Part shown: positions 1-10,260 of the stretch, one piece after another
Position numbering within the stretch: the stretch's first letter is position 1
Layout of the letters: the number at the start of each line of letters is the position of its first letter
DNA from: Catajapyx aquilonaris
Lineage: Eukaryota
Assembly (NCBI GenBank): GCA_000934665.2
Contig: KZ538683.1
Span: forward strand, 60,697 to 80,696
Length of the DNA stretch: 20,000 nucleotides
Direction: 5' to 3'
Notes under the pieces: generated by a model
Databases searched by the model: none
What the model was told of the DNA's origin: nothing
The model's input: the letters and a program-made list of their open reading frames with translations, nothing else
Program-made: the position numbers and the translations under genes

Positions 1-664
1 GTAAATATTTCTCGCAAAACTGGCCATCATGTGAGCTACGATTTTAAAATGGCCAAAAATGGCCAAGCCTTTAGGAAGTAGTTTGTCAATTTTATCAATT
101 CTAGATCAGATCCGTCGTGATTGTCCAACCACCTACCTAATGTACTGCATGTTGTTCAGAAGGTTTATGTTTGATCAATTATTTGAGTAATTTACTGAGA
201 TAGTATACCTTCTTTCACTCTTGGTTATCAGTTACTGAACATAACATTCTTAAGCGGCATGTCCTACAAGTATTGTAATTTTTCCCCCAGCTTACAGTTG
301 CTAGATACTATAGTCACAATAGCAAAATATGTTGCTCCTTGATATATGGAAACGTGACAATGTTGCTGTCACACAATGTTGAGTCACTATATGTGCAGTA
401 CTAGGTACTTATGTTTCAAGAACCGAATTGATCCACTTGTGAATCATGAGGGCAGTAATACTTACAGAGTGGCTGATTACGCTACCACTCTTGGTGCCCC
501 ACTTTAATTCTCTTTTATCTTACTTCCCCACCTCCGAAATGCCAAGTGGGCCGGGGATCAATTTTCACCTGTTAGGTGAGACGCAGGTTGGGAACGGTGG
601 AGTACCAGTTGTTTTAGCGTAGACAATAACAATGTAAGGTAAAGTAACACGCATACTTCAGCGG

Positions 665-998
665 TAGTGGGGCATCTACATTTAGCTATCAACTTGCCTA
701 ATGACCAGTTGTATGAATATGAGTTAAGGTTAACTACAAAGTTAGCTATCGTTTAGATATAGTCTAACTTGTTAAGTATAATAGCTACACACATACAAAT
801 ACTTAGGCCAATTTCATTTTCGATATACTGTACAAGTATTGAACGCGAAAAGATGTCCATTCAACGGACACAACATAGGTCTAGTTGCAGCGAAATACGA
901 AGAAAGTAACTTAACTATAGAGTTAACTTACTGTGTAAGAACTTCTACAAGACAGTATATCCAGAAGTGTAAGTAAATCCTGGCGATGCCAACCACTA
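665..998. mobile_element. Possible degenerate hAT-like non-autonomous element
   Basis: Imperfect terminal inverted repeat: TAGTGGGGCATC (665-676) vs GATGCCAACCACTA (985-998; rc TAGTGGTTGGCATC). The interior repeats GTTAACTAC/TTAGCTAT/TTAACTAT-type motifs. The flanking 8-mers match only 4/8, so the TSD is not confirmed. Confidence 0.3.
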
Positions 999-1465
999 GC
1001 CTGTGGTCCGCCTTATCTCCCCAGTATGCGGTTGCACCCAAATGGAAAGTTTGTTTTATACAGGGTGCCTAAAAGTCAACCAAGATTTGTACTGGCGGAA
1101 ATATCACGTCAAGTTGGAAGTGCTCAGTGGCATAGTGTATTGCCTGATGTGCACGTATATGAAGTCCATATAACAGGGTGGCCCATATTTATGTATATGA
1201 CATTTCACAGGCTGTAAAATTTGAACCACTGTGCGTCAAGTATCGAAAGTAGCATCAATGTGTGACCTAAGATTGGGAGTAATAATCCGCTGCATCGCGA
1301 AAGGTTGTGATAGGGAATGGTGTTGAGAATCAATTGTTACTATACTGATATATGCAGGCTGACCAATTTGACTCAGGAGCGTGCACTAGATTTCCACTGA
1401 TGCGGGTATGTTGTTTTTTTGGAACACATAAGGTGAAGCGGGACAAGTAGGAACACACTTTTGAT

Positions 1466-1602
1466 AGATGGATTTAAAGTATACACGGGAGGCAGGTTAT
1501 ATGCATATACTGCGCTACGCCGCGTCGCCTACTTGAGCATCCGCTGGTGGTCCTGGAACCAAACCCCCGCGGATACGGAGGCCCCCCTAGGAGGCCCCTT
1601 TG
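1466..1602 (-). mobile_element. Tigger/pogo (MER2-group-like) DNA transposon terminal fragment
   Basis: The minus strand reads CCTCCGTATCCGCGGGGGTTTGGTTCCAGGACCACCAGCGGATGCTCAAGT...GGCGTAG..TATATGCATATAACCT.CCTCCCGT..ATACTTTAAATCCATCT. This is collinear with the MER2 terminal sequence as recalled from memory. It ends at TA (1603-1604) after a small GGAGGCCCC duplication. No partner TIR was found. Confidence 0.72.
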
Positions 1603-2109
1603 TATATGCATACGAACTTCTTTTCAAATTAATTCACTACACAAGGTTAGTGTTAACATGGAATAAATGCAGCTTTATTAATGACACCATAGACTAGACA
1701 AGTGGTTTTGTTATGTTGAAACACGGTATGAGCAGGTGGTTCCATGTCAACCGTCCCCACCTACAAACAAAGCGGTTAAAATATTGTGGAATGTTTTGAG
1801 CGGGGTAAATAGTGACTGTGCTACTGTTTTCGGCACAAATGCAGCACTAACTGTGGTCGTGAAATTTTGAGAATTCGGGTGGTGGAGCCGAGGGATTCAA
1901 TTGAACGAATGTAACGTTACGAATTATATTTAACCTAAGCTATAATTTGCCTTAACTGTTGATTTAATAGAATTTTGCATTGTAAGGGATGGAGAACTTA
2001 TCATGAACCAAATGTTGCATATAGTGTTAAGTAATGTATTAAACAAGTACCCCTCTTCCTATATTCATTTGTAAAAGGAAATGTAAAATAAATGATATGG
2101 ATTGATTGA

Positions 2110-2234
2110 GGGCTAGTTTCACCAAGGCCGGTTTTGATAAAACCCCAGTTCTTTCGGAAAATCACTGCCAATAGTATAGGGATTTTACGAAAGAACCGGG
2201 GTTTTATCAAAACCGGGCTTGGTGAAACCGGCCC
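2110..2234. mobile_element. 125-bp fold-back MITE, PIF/Harbinger (Tourist)-like
   Basis: 54-bp arms at 2110-2163 and 2181-2234 with 5 mismatches and a 17-nt spacer. Termini are GGGC...GCCC and the flanks are TGA/TAA, a near-TWA 3-bp TSD. The superfamily is inferred from the termini and TSD. Confidence 0.85.
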
Positions 2235-3371
2235 TAAATGTTGCATTGTATTAAGAGTGGAAGCGAGGCTCTGGCAGTTATTCCAAATCTCCTGTACATT
2301 CTACAGTATATTAGCACATCAAAAGCCATACTTGGCAGGCAAAACCAAGTATAAACTGTCGCAGTGGTGTGCCTTTCAAAATGTAGGGTTATTTACAGAG
2401 CACCCAAGGAAATCGAACCCATTCCGCTAAACAGGTTTCCTGACTTCAGCATAATATCCTACCTTCCGGAATTCTTGGAACTGTGACGTATCAGCTGAAC
2501 TTCGGCCTTTGCGGATCATTTTTCATACCGGGAAACTGGGAATTTTAAATGCTAATTACGCCCTGGATGCGGGGAAAAATATGCAGATTATTTTTCACAT
2601 ACCTTGACACAGTGTCATTTACAGAATAAATTGAATCCAACAACATGTGCGAGGAAAGGGATAGTTTAAATGCCAATAATAATCTGCCTTGGTATGCCCA
2701 TAATTATTAGCATGTGCAGTAGCTATCAGCTGCTAATATTAAGTGGAATAAAAGCACTTTTTTAAAGTTGTGGGTCTAACCTGGGAAAAAATTGTTCAAC
2801 CAATTACTTCATATGACGAATTTGGGTACAGTTGTCCCGATATGTCCTTTCACATAGAGCATGTGCTAAGTTCTGAACGTATAGCCAAGGCACTCTTATT
2901 CGTACCATGAATTCAATGTGGAACAACATTGTAGACTCGGCTATCAGAGAAGGTCGCACTCGTTTGCTATTAACTATAATATGGGTGTGTAATGAGCGGT
3001 TGTTTACGACGGGTAGTTTTAAAAAATGCGCATCATTTGACGCAGGACTGATGCCTCCCGTATCTGATCATTCAAACTTGTCCAGTTTATTGAGCTAAAA
3101 TTGTATGCTGTTCCCATATATACCTTCTTTCACGGCAGAAAGCGTGGATAAATTTCTCATCCAAAGCATCCAATGCAGCGCTTGATTGGTCGCTCTTATC
3201 AAATGATTAATCTCACGCCGCATTGTATGGGCTTGGACGGAAAAGCTCACCATGGAAACAGAGCTTAGAAGCGCTTATGTAGCGATAAATATACGGGGTC
3301 AAAGGGGAAGATGATTAAGGATTAGAGGAAGTATTTCTGATGTGGGCGTGTGCTTTCGTGGATCCAGATTT

Positions 3372-3394
3372 CCCCCCCCCCCNCCCCCCCCCCC
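3372..3394. repeat. Poly-C run with an internal N (assembly join)
   Basis: C homopolymer with N at 3383; the same pattern occurs at 11750 and 14896. Confidence 0.9.
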
Positions 3395-3607
3395 TGTCTT
3401 GTAGCATCATGGCAATCCAGGCACGTAGCGTTGCCTTTGAAATATAATTGCCGTTTTATTGCATCACAAAATCTAACGTAAAAAGATGTGTCTATATAGT
3501 CCATTTTGTTTTGTCAAGTTGAAACACAGTAGAGGCACAAACACAAGGGAAGAAACCGTGACATTCCTGGTCAAAATCTGTTTCTTGCTGAACTTACAGG
3601 AAAATTC

Positions 3608-3802
3608 GTATTTGGGGGGTCGTTTCATATCTGGCAAAAGATTTTGAAAAATTAGTGTGGCGGATCAGTGATGGAAAATGCTTGTGAATTTCCTTTAATC
3701 AAGCCTATACACATAGGCCTATTATTGAGCAAGGGTTTGAGGTCGCTGATTTCAAATCTGGGGAAAAGTCGGAAATGAAGATTGCGGGTCGCATATGGCG
3801 GA
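3608..3802 (+). repeat. Degenerate ~123-bp tandem duplication, probably subterminal repeats of an old DNA transposon
   Basis: GGTCGTTTCATATCTGG (3618) vs GGTCGCTGATTTCAAATCTGG (3741), and TGGCGGATC..ATGG (3658-3674) vs TGCGGGTC..ATGG (3783-3798), at the same offset. It resembles a GAGGTCGCTGATT..AATCTG...ATGGCGG repeat motif I recall from insect genomes (unverified). Confidence 0.35.
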
Positions 3803-5010
3803 GAGTTGCATGAAAGCCCTGATAATACGAGTAGCCCTATAATCGTACAAAATTCATCGAGGTGATTAGAAGTCTCTCTTTGAATTCAATTCTGCTTGTG
3901 AATTCATCTAAGCAGCATTGACGCGCGAAGTCCTTCCGTTCTTCACGGTTTCGTGATATTTTCGCTTTTCACGACCGACACCTTTGTATGATGACATGGA
4001 AGGAATGTTCGGTTGGAATAGAATAGTTCAGAGCGGCAGGCAAAACCACTTCCTTATTCGGTCATTCGGAAATCTTTTCCATGAACATGTCTTATCATCT
4101 CAACACCACGTACAGTACCACTTTTAATCTTACCGCAGATTGCAGAAGCATGTCAGAAACATTTTCAAATCTTTCTATTTCCCCGAGTTAATTTTAATCA
4201 CCCAAGAGTTATTTCAGGTGTAGTAATTATAGTTGTTTCTGGCACCCTGAGGTGGCTGTTTGATATTGAACAGAATCTCTCATAAGCCCCCAGTTTGGAT
4301 GCCACGGCATCTAAAATCAGAGCATTTATACGATGTAATATATAGGCCTGCGGTGCTCATATCTTGTAAAGCGCAACATGTTGAACGCTACACATCGGGA
4401 TTTTATTCTATATAAAAATATACAATACGTGACAACGTGTGGCATACCTTGCAGAAACAAATACAGTACTCTTTTGATCCGTTTATTTGATAAGGAGGGG
4501 CCCGCCAATTCTTTACGTAATAAACCGCACAATCGCATTATACCCGCCAATGTTGATTCACTCTCTTCTAAATTCTGCGAATACAATATCCGACTTTGTC
4601 CCTGGCTTTCAGCTGCGGGAATTAAAACCGAGATCCTAAATAAGAATCGCATGTAAGTCTGGTTATTTGGTATGTTTTGACAGGCTGTGACATGGGGCCC
4701 AAATTGGGATTTTGACCAGAAGTTCATGATTTCTCTCACCGTGCAACAGTTTGTAACTTGGGAACAATGCGAGGAGCCTCGACAGGGCAGATTTTGTGCT
4801 TTCAATGCAGTGAATAGCAAGCCCTATACTTTTTCATCGCGCCGCGCCGGTACGCTGTTGGTCCCATAATGTACAGGGTGTAAGAGACGAAAGAGTGGCC
4901 TGCTTTCCTTAACTACCATGCATAAAAACAGATCGGTGTGAAGGGGGGTGAATTGGCAGGAGACATACGTACCGGTGACAGCGCTTTGTCAGGTACTTCG
5001 ACGCATTGTA

Positions 5011-5311
5011 CAGTGTTGGACATTAATCGCGTCGTACTGCTAGCGACATTTTTCGATGCGGCAGACGTGCAAATCGAAGTGATAAGAATGCGAGCCTTGC
5101 GAATCAGAAGAGGTAGGCCTTGGGTGACGTCACCGGCTTGGGTGGGTGGAGGGGGGGGGGCAATGGAGAAAAAGGGTTGTCCCCAGCCGGTGACGTCACC
5201 CAAGGCCTACCATTTCTTTCTCGCACGGCTCGCACTCTATCACTTCGATTTGCACATCTGGCGCATTGGAAAATGTCGCTAACAGTATGACGCGATTAAT
5301 GTCCAACACTG
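5011..5311. mobile_element. 301-bp fold-back MITE with TA target duplication (Tc1/mariner-type target)
   Basis: TA|CAGTGTTGGACATTAATCGCGTC...GACGCGATTAATGTCCAACACTG|TA. The ~131-bp arms (5011-5142 / 5181-5311) enclose a G-rich spacer. Both arms carry GGTGACGTCACC. Confidence 0.9.
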
Positions 5312-6131
5312 TACAGATAGCACAAAGTACCTTTTTGCATGAATGAAACGTGGTAAAAGTGCAATCGTAATTGACTTCATACAGTAATGATTGAAGCACC
5401 GAACCTGAAATATGATTAGAGATTAACAGAACATTGTTCTATTCAACCTTCGTAATATTAGACTAGTTAGCACTCGAGGTGAATCTTCTGGGTACTGCTG
5501 CAAGTCCCCAACTTACGTAAGTGGATCGTTCCGTAACATTATAATTAGGTCGAATTATTACTTGACTCGAAACGTGTCACAGCAGTATTAAACTCGTATA
5601 TACGCAGTGTACTGTACCTTCAAGTACATCGACTCTGGAGTCACTGGTTTATTCAATTAGAGGCCGTTGAGAGAGGGAAGGTATAAAAGTACAGCCGATA
5701 AATATTTCATTTTTGTCATTCAACATAACGTAGTTTTAACAAGTTTCTTGTGCTGTGCTTCCGCCTGCCAGAATGCTATTCGTACAATGTCAAATCAAAA
5801 CTGGTTACTTTAATGAAAGATGAATAGGCTGCTGTAGAGGGTTAGGGTGTGAAACAATCCACTTTGAAGGGGAAAAATTCCACACGATCCAATTTTGTGC
5901 GGTGAAATGTTTGACACATGCCACATTCTCATCGCCATCGCGGGATGAAGTGATGTTAACATTTTTATGAAATGATACGTACCGGTACTTGATTTATGAT
6001 AAAATTTAGAATTTGGCGTTGCAAAGCTACTTGTGCTAATTTGCCAATAATTTCGCCCGGCTGAAAAATGCTGGTTGCCCCATTCCGCCAGCAGGGACAA
6101 AATTGTTGGAATGGCTGTACAGATTCCAATA

Positions 6132-6185
6132 CAGGTATAGACCCCGTTTCGTTGGCTAACCCTGTCGTAAAACGGGACCTACCTG
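6132..6185. mobile_element. 54-bp mini element made almost entirely of TIRs, TA-flanked (pogo/Tc1-like)
   Basis: TA|CAGGTATAGACCCCGTTT...AAACGGGACCTACCTG|TA. The rc of the right end, CAGGTAGGTCCCGTTT, imperfectly matches the left end. Confidence 0.45.
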
Positions 6186-6197
6186 TATATGCATATA

Positions 6198-6475
6198 CAG
6201 GGTATAAATATTAAGCGTGTCACCAGAAAAGATGGTGGTAAGAGGGCGCAGGTAGCATTTTTGCATAAGGAACTAGGGATCGGAAACGCACCCTCTCCGA
6301 GTTACTTCCATTTCAAGTTTGCGGCAGGCAGTGTGCAAGAGGCGTGCGGCACGCGGCGGAATGGGTGAGGGGGGGGCTTGGCATGTAGACCCCTATAGTT
6401 CCTTATGCAAAAATGCTCACACCTGCGCCCTCTACCACCACCTTTTCTGGTGACATGCTTAGGATTTACACCCTG
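6198..6475. mobile_element. 278-bp Tc1/mariner-type MITE (CAGGGTG termini, TA TSD)
   Basis: TA|CAGGGTATAAATATTAAGCGTGTCACCAGAAAAG...CTTTTCTGGTGACATGCTTAGGATTTACACCCTG|TA, with ~85-bp arms at 6198-6281 and 6388-6475. Confidence 0.9.
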
Positions 6476-7237
6476 TATTGTAGTTCAGTGTGACATTCAT
6501 GACGCATGTGCTCAAACGCCTGCGTATGAACAAATACCTCCAAAGATACACCTCACATAGATTTGATCTCGAGTAGATTTGCACAATTGTACGATCTCGT
6601 AAATCGATTTTTAGGTATATACTGAGTGGTTAGTAACTTGCGTATTATCGGCAAGTGTATAGAGAGATTTCTTGAGATACTCCAGACCAAAATAGTCGAT
6701 ATCATTTTGCGGCGGCAATTATATAGGTGACTTCCCCATATGAATCACAGGGAATGTCCTGCTGACCACAGACTATTTGACTATACCAACCGGGCTAAGT
6801 TGTCTAGCCAGAGGGATATGCTCTATAATTCACACCGGCATTGCCACCGATGCCGCACTGGCACCTACCAGCCAAAAATGACATATGGATAGTATTTCAT
6901 TTTTGAGGTATAGGTCGAGGGATTTCCATATACAGTACCAACCTACATATAGAGGTAGTTACCGACCACCCTAGAAATGTGTGAGTATTTGAACGCAACC
7001 ATGTGACTGCTGTACATTGTGGGCCCACATACTGACTGGATCAGCTGATGGACCTGTAGCTTCCTTTTGTACGGAGGTACCGGTATATATCTTGATTGTA
7101 CGCCAAACAATGCGATTTTGTGAAAATGGAGGACATAGTGTTCCAGAGTAGCTATAATCGTGATGTAAATCAGTAACATTGAAATGGACCTCGTCGCCTG
7201 CACAATCAAATCTACCATAATCAACCCCCCCCCCCCC

Positions 7238-7500
7238 NNNNNNNNNNNNNNNNNNNNNNNNNNNNNNNNNNNNNNNNNNNNNNNNNNNNNNNNNNNNNNN
7301 NNNNNNNNNNNNNNNNNNNNNNNNNNNNNNNNNNNNNNNNNNNNNNNNNNNNNNNNNNNNNNNNNNNNNNNNNNNNNNNNNNNNNNNNNNNNNNNNNNNN
7401 NNNNNNNNNNNNNNNNNNNNNNNNNNNNNNNNNNNNNNNNNNNNNNNNNNNNNNNNNNNNNNNNNNNNNNNNNNNNNNNNNNNNNNNNNNNNNNNNNNNN
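7238..7500. other. Assembly gap (263 N)
   Basis: Run of N flanked by poly-C on the left and poly-G on the right. Confidence 1.
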
Positions 7501-9157
7501 GGGGGGTTGGTTTGGAATAGTCAAGATATACGGGTTGTACGTATAGAGATGAGGGCGAATGTGTGCGCAGGTAGCGCGCAGGCTTGTCTCCGTAATCGAA
7601 ACTACTGGGATAGAAAGCTGCCGGGAGTTGTTTTTTTTTTTTTCGGGGGAAGGGCCAGGAAGGGGAGGGTATTTCGTGCCCTAGTACCCTGCCGGCACAT
7701 CTTTTGAACCCCTTTTCACCTGGAAATCTTGAGGACATGAAAGAAGGGGACGGAATATTAGGCAGGAATAATGCAGCAGGAGTAGACTAACACGGGCTTT
7801 CTTAGGATCAAATGAATATTTTATGCAGACCCAATATCCACTTGGGTCCTCTCTCCCTCCCCCATCCCCCACCCCCATTTTTTTTTTTTCAAGTACAGGT
7901 CATGAGTGATTATAAAAATGCATGAGGTGCAGGTTGGGCGTGTAGGGAAACGATGTGATATTAAGTTGCGGCGAATGTCAAGAGAGGAGCTAGGCTATAC
8001 GAGGCTGTAATACTGCGGATGCAATGGAAGGGAAGGCGGGGGAGTGGGGAGTGGGGGAGGCTGAGGGAGCTGCCTTTGCCTTCCTAATATCGACTCACTG
8101 GATCACAGCCAGAGCACAAACATAATACAGCTCTGTCTCACTTCAGTCCGGGCCCTTTACTGCATTATTATATCATCATCGTCGTAGTCGTCGTCGTCTT
8201 TTTTTTATTCACAGGCACGAACGATTTTAAGTCTTAAAAGCTTTGCCGCTATCTCTTTTTATTGCGTAATTCTCAATTGCCACCTCGAATCAATCGGCAG
8301 CTCACTTGAGGCAATGGGGGAAAATGGAGTTACGTGCTGCTGCAGAGAGGTTGCGTAAAACAGTCCAAATTATGCCCATCTCTAATGGCCTTTGCGCCAT
8401 GCAGGGGCACAGTGTGAAGGTTTCAAGGGACATTACAGTTTGGAGTCTCATTTTTGCTTGCTCTTTAATTTTTCAATACCTGATGTTTCAATTCTCGAAC
8501 GCGAGCTCGGCGTTTTCCCATTTGTACGTAATGCATATTGTATGCGGCACATGACAATCAACGGGGTATCGTAATTTGCTAGCTGCACCTGTACCATTTA
8601 AAGGCACATTATTTTGAGGATCAATTGCGTGGTCGGACAGTCGTAGTCTGCATGCCTACAGTACGCACGCTTTCCTTTGGGTGGGAATACGGGTCGTACA
8701 CATGCGAGAGCGTGTTTGGGGTCGCAATTAGGTCCTGGGCTCCGTATTACCACAATTAGAACCTGCTTTACAGACTGGTAGGGCCCTATAATCAAGACGA
8801 AATTAATTAACGACGGCACTAGATTAAACTATTAGTAATACATTACTAGCATTGCCAGGGGTAAAAAGGATTCATATGTATATCTAGCGCGAATATCGAA
8901 TGACTGTATATTGCGCATAATGTGATGGCGATACAACTTCATATAAATTTCAGCGAAACGTAATAATCGGGCAGCATATTGCGCACAAGTAACGCTGCAA
9001 TAATGGTTATTATCAGGGGTGCACTGCGGGTAATAAATTAGAGACAACTTTGCAGTTTGGGGACCCGGGTGTTGACGGTTAACGAGTTTAAAGCGAGACG
9101 GACAAATTGTGGAGATTGGCATGCGATAAACGTCATCTAATGCAATGTTGTTTGTGT

Positions 9158-9464
9158 GAGGTGCTCCGAAATAAATGGCTGCTGAGTTGTCATTCATGCA
9201 CGATGCTGGCATTAGACAATGTTTGGAGGAAAGTGGTCGACCAATGGTCCGATTTGGGACTTCGGTCAATCCGAGGAAGTGCTGGCGGATGTATTCGATC
9301 CCGATACACAAACAAACCGGGATGTAACCGGCCTACCTTATCTGTATTTTGGAGTGAGCATGAAAGGAAGTGATAGTGGGGGGGCAGCTGGCTGCTGGAG
9401 CATGATGGCTTTGGGGCCGATTATTTTGGATGAGTATTATTTTTTTGGGGAGCGATATAGCTGG
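9158..9464 (+). pseudogene. Putative decayed KDM4/JMJD2-like JmjC-domain fragment (frameshifted, HxE motif lost)
   Basis: Collinear blocks vs KDM4A as recalled: KVVDQWSDLGLRSI ~ KHVDEWNIGRLRTI (9230-9271). PGCNRP + YLYFG ~ EGVNTPYLYFG (9317-9353), once the 4-nt duplication in CCTACCT (9332-9338) is removed. CW ~ AW (9393-9398). YYFFGERYSW ~ YLHFGEPKSW (9435-9464). Recognised by eye only. Confidence 0.5.
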
Positions 9465-9634
9465 GAGTGTGATGATACGCACGAGGACTGTATATGATTG
9501 GGCGATGATGCATCACATGCATGCCACCTGAGGGGGTGGGTGGGCAGAGTGGGAATTGAATTTCCACTTTGACCCCTCCCCAACTCCCCAGTACCCTCCC
9601 TACCTCGACTGCACATCGATGGCAAATCTAGTGA

Positions 9635-9671
9635 GAGGCCGGCCGAATCGATTCAATGGCCGGCCGGCCTC
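9635..9671. repeat. GC-rich inverted repeat with an internal palindrome
   Basis: GAGGCCGGCCG (9635-9645) / CGGCCGGCCTC (9661-9671) form a perfect 11-bp stem. GAATCGATTC (9645-9654) is a perfect palindrome, and GGCCGGCC occurs three times. Confidence 0.7.
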
Positions 9672-10232
9672 AGATTAAATAAATAAAACTTGATGTCCGT
9701 GGCCTTATTGGTGTCCCGCGACATTTCTTGTAATGAGGATGCGAGCATTCAAGGTGGGTGGTGTGGAAGTGGAGGTTGGTGGGATGGGATGGGCTGGGGT
9801 GGGGTGCTGTGTTATAGTTGGGAGGTGACCTTTTGGCTTCATCTAGATTAAGCCGGGATTTATGAGCTTCCTTCAACCCGATGTTAAAAACAGCTCTCCT
9901 CTCGCCAGGCTTTTACCAGGACCTGCAATCAGGTGAAAAATTACCTTTAATCTATTCAGATTTTCCGGCCACTTATTTCCTGCTCTGACAACGGCCGGAT
10001 AGGAGCGCATATGCTCATGTACTGTACAGTGTATGTGCTGCACGTTTGTCACTAATTCATCAACCAACTGCGTCGTTTCCGAACAGGATTTTGGCCAGAA
10101 TGCATACATTTTGTTCTGTCTGTCGCGTTTCTCAGTGATGTACAGCAGCAACGGCGTATTTTTACTCGGGGGCTAAACTCATATTCGGTGTTCCTTATTG
10201 TGTAACATTTTTGTGCAGCATTCGTCCACTAT

Positions 10233-10260
10233 TTGCGTAATTGCGCAATTTCATTTGCAT
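10233..10260. promoter_or_regulatory. Candidate enhancer motif cluster (tandem C/EBP-type sites plus POU octamer)
   Basis: TTGCGTAA (10233-10240) overlaps the perfect palindrome AATTGCGCAATT (10239-10250), followed by ATTTGCAT (10253-10260). Confidence 0.3.

Noticed and set aside
118..140. miR-219-like TGATTGTCCAA; also miR-8/200-like (~8008), miR-2-like (~8102) and miR-375-like (~12536) 5' matches
   Set aside because: Only 8-11 nt match, the 3' halves diverge and no precursor hairpin is present.
1059..1235. Isolated CAGGGTG mariner-like TIR starts (1061, 1174; also 4874)
   Set aside because: Probably relics, but there is no partner TIR, so no element can be delimited.
2400..2455. Minus-strand B-box-like GGTTCGATTTCC (tRNA/SINE)
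   Set aside because: No convincing A box, cloverleaf or SINE tail.
3076..3207. Minus-strand peptide DEKFIHAFCRERRYIWEQ, vaguely MADF-like
   Set aside because: Short, bounded by stop codons and without further domain motifs.
3886..3921. Imperfect 36-bp palindrome; similar small hairpins at 11322-11360 and ~18317-18350
   Set aside because: Short stems that are plausible by chance in 20 kb, with no TSD or family signal.
6943..7738. Longest ORFs (193 and 255 aa)
   Set aside because: Artefacts of reading through the 263-N gap.
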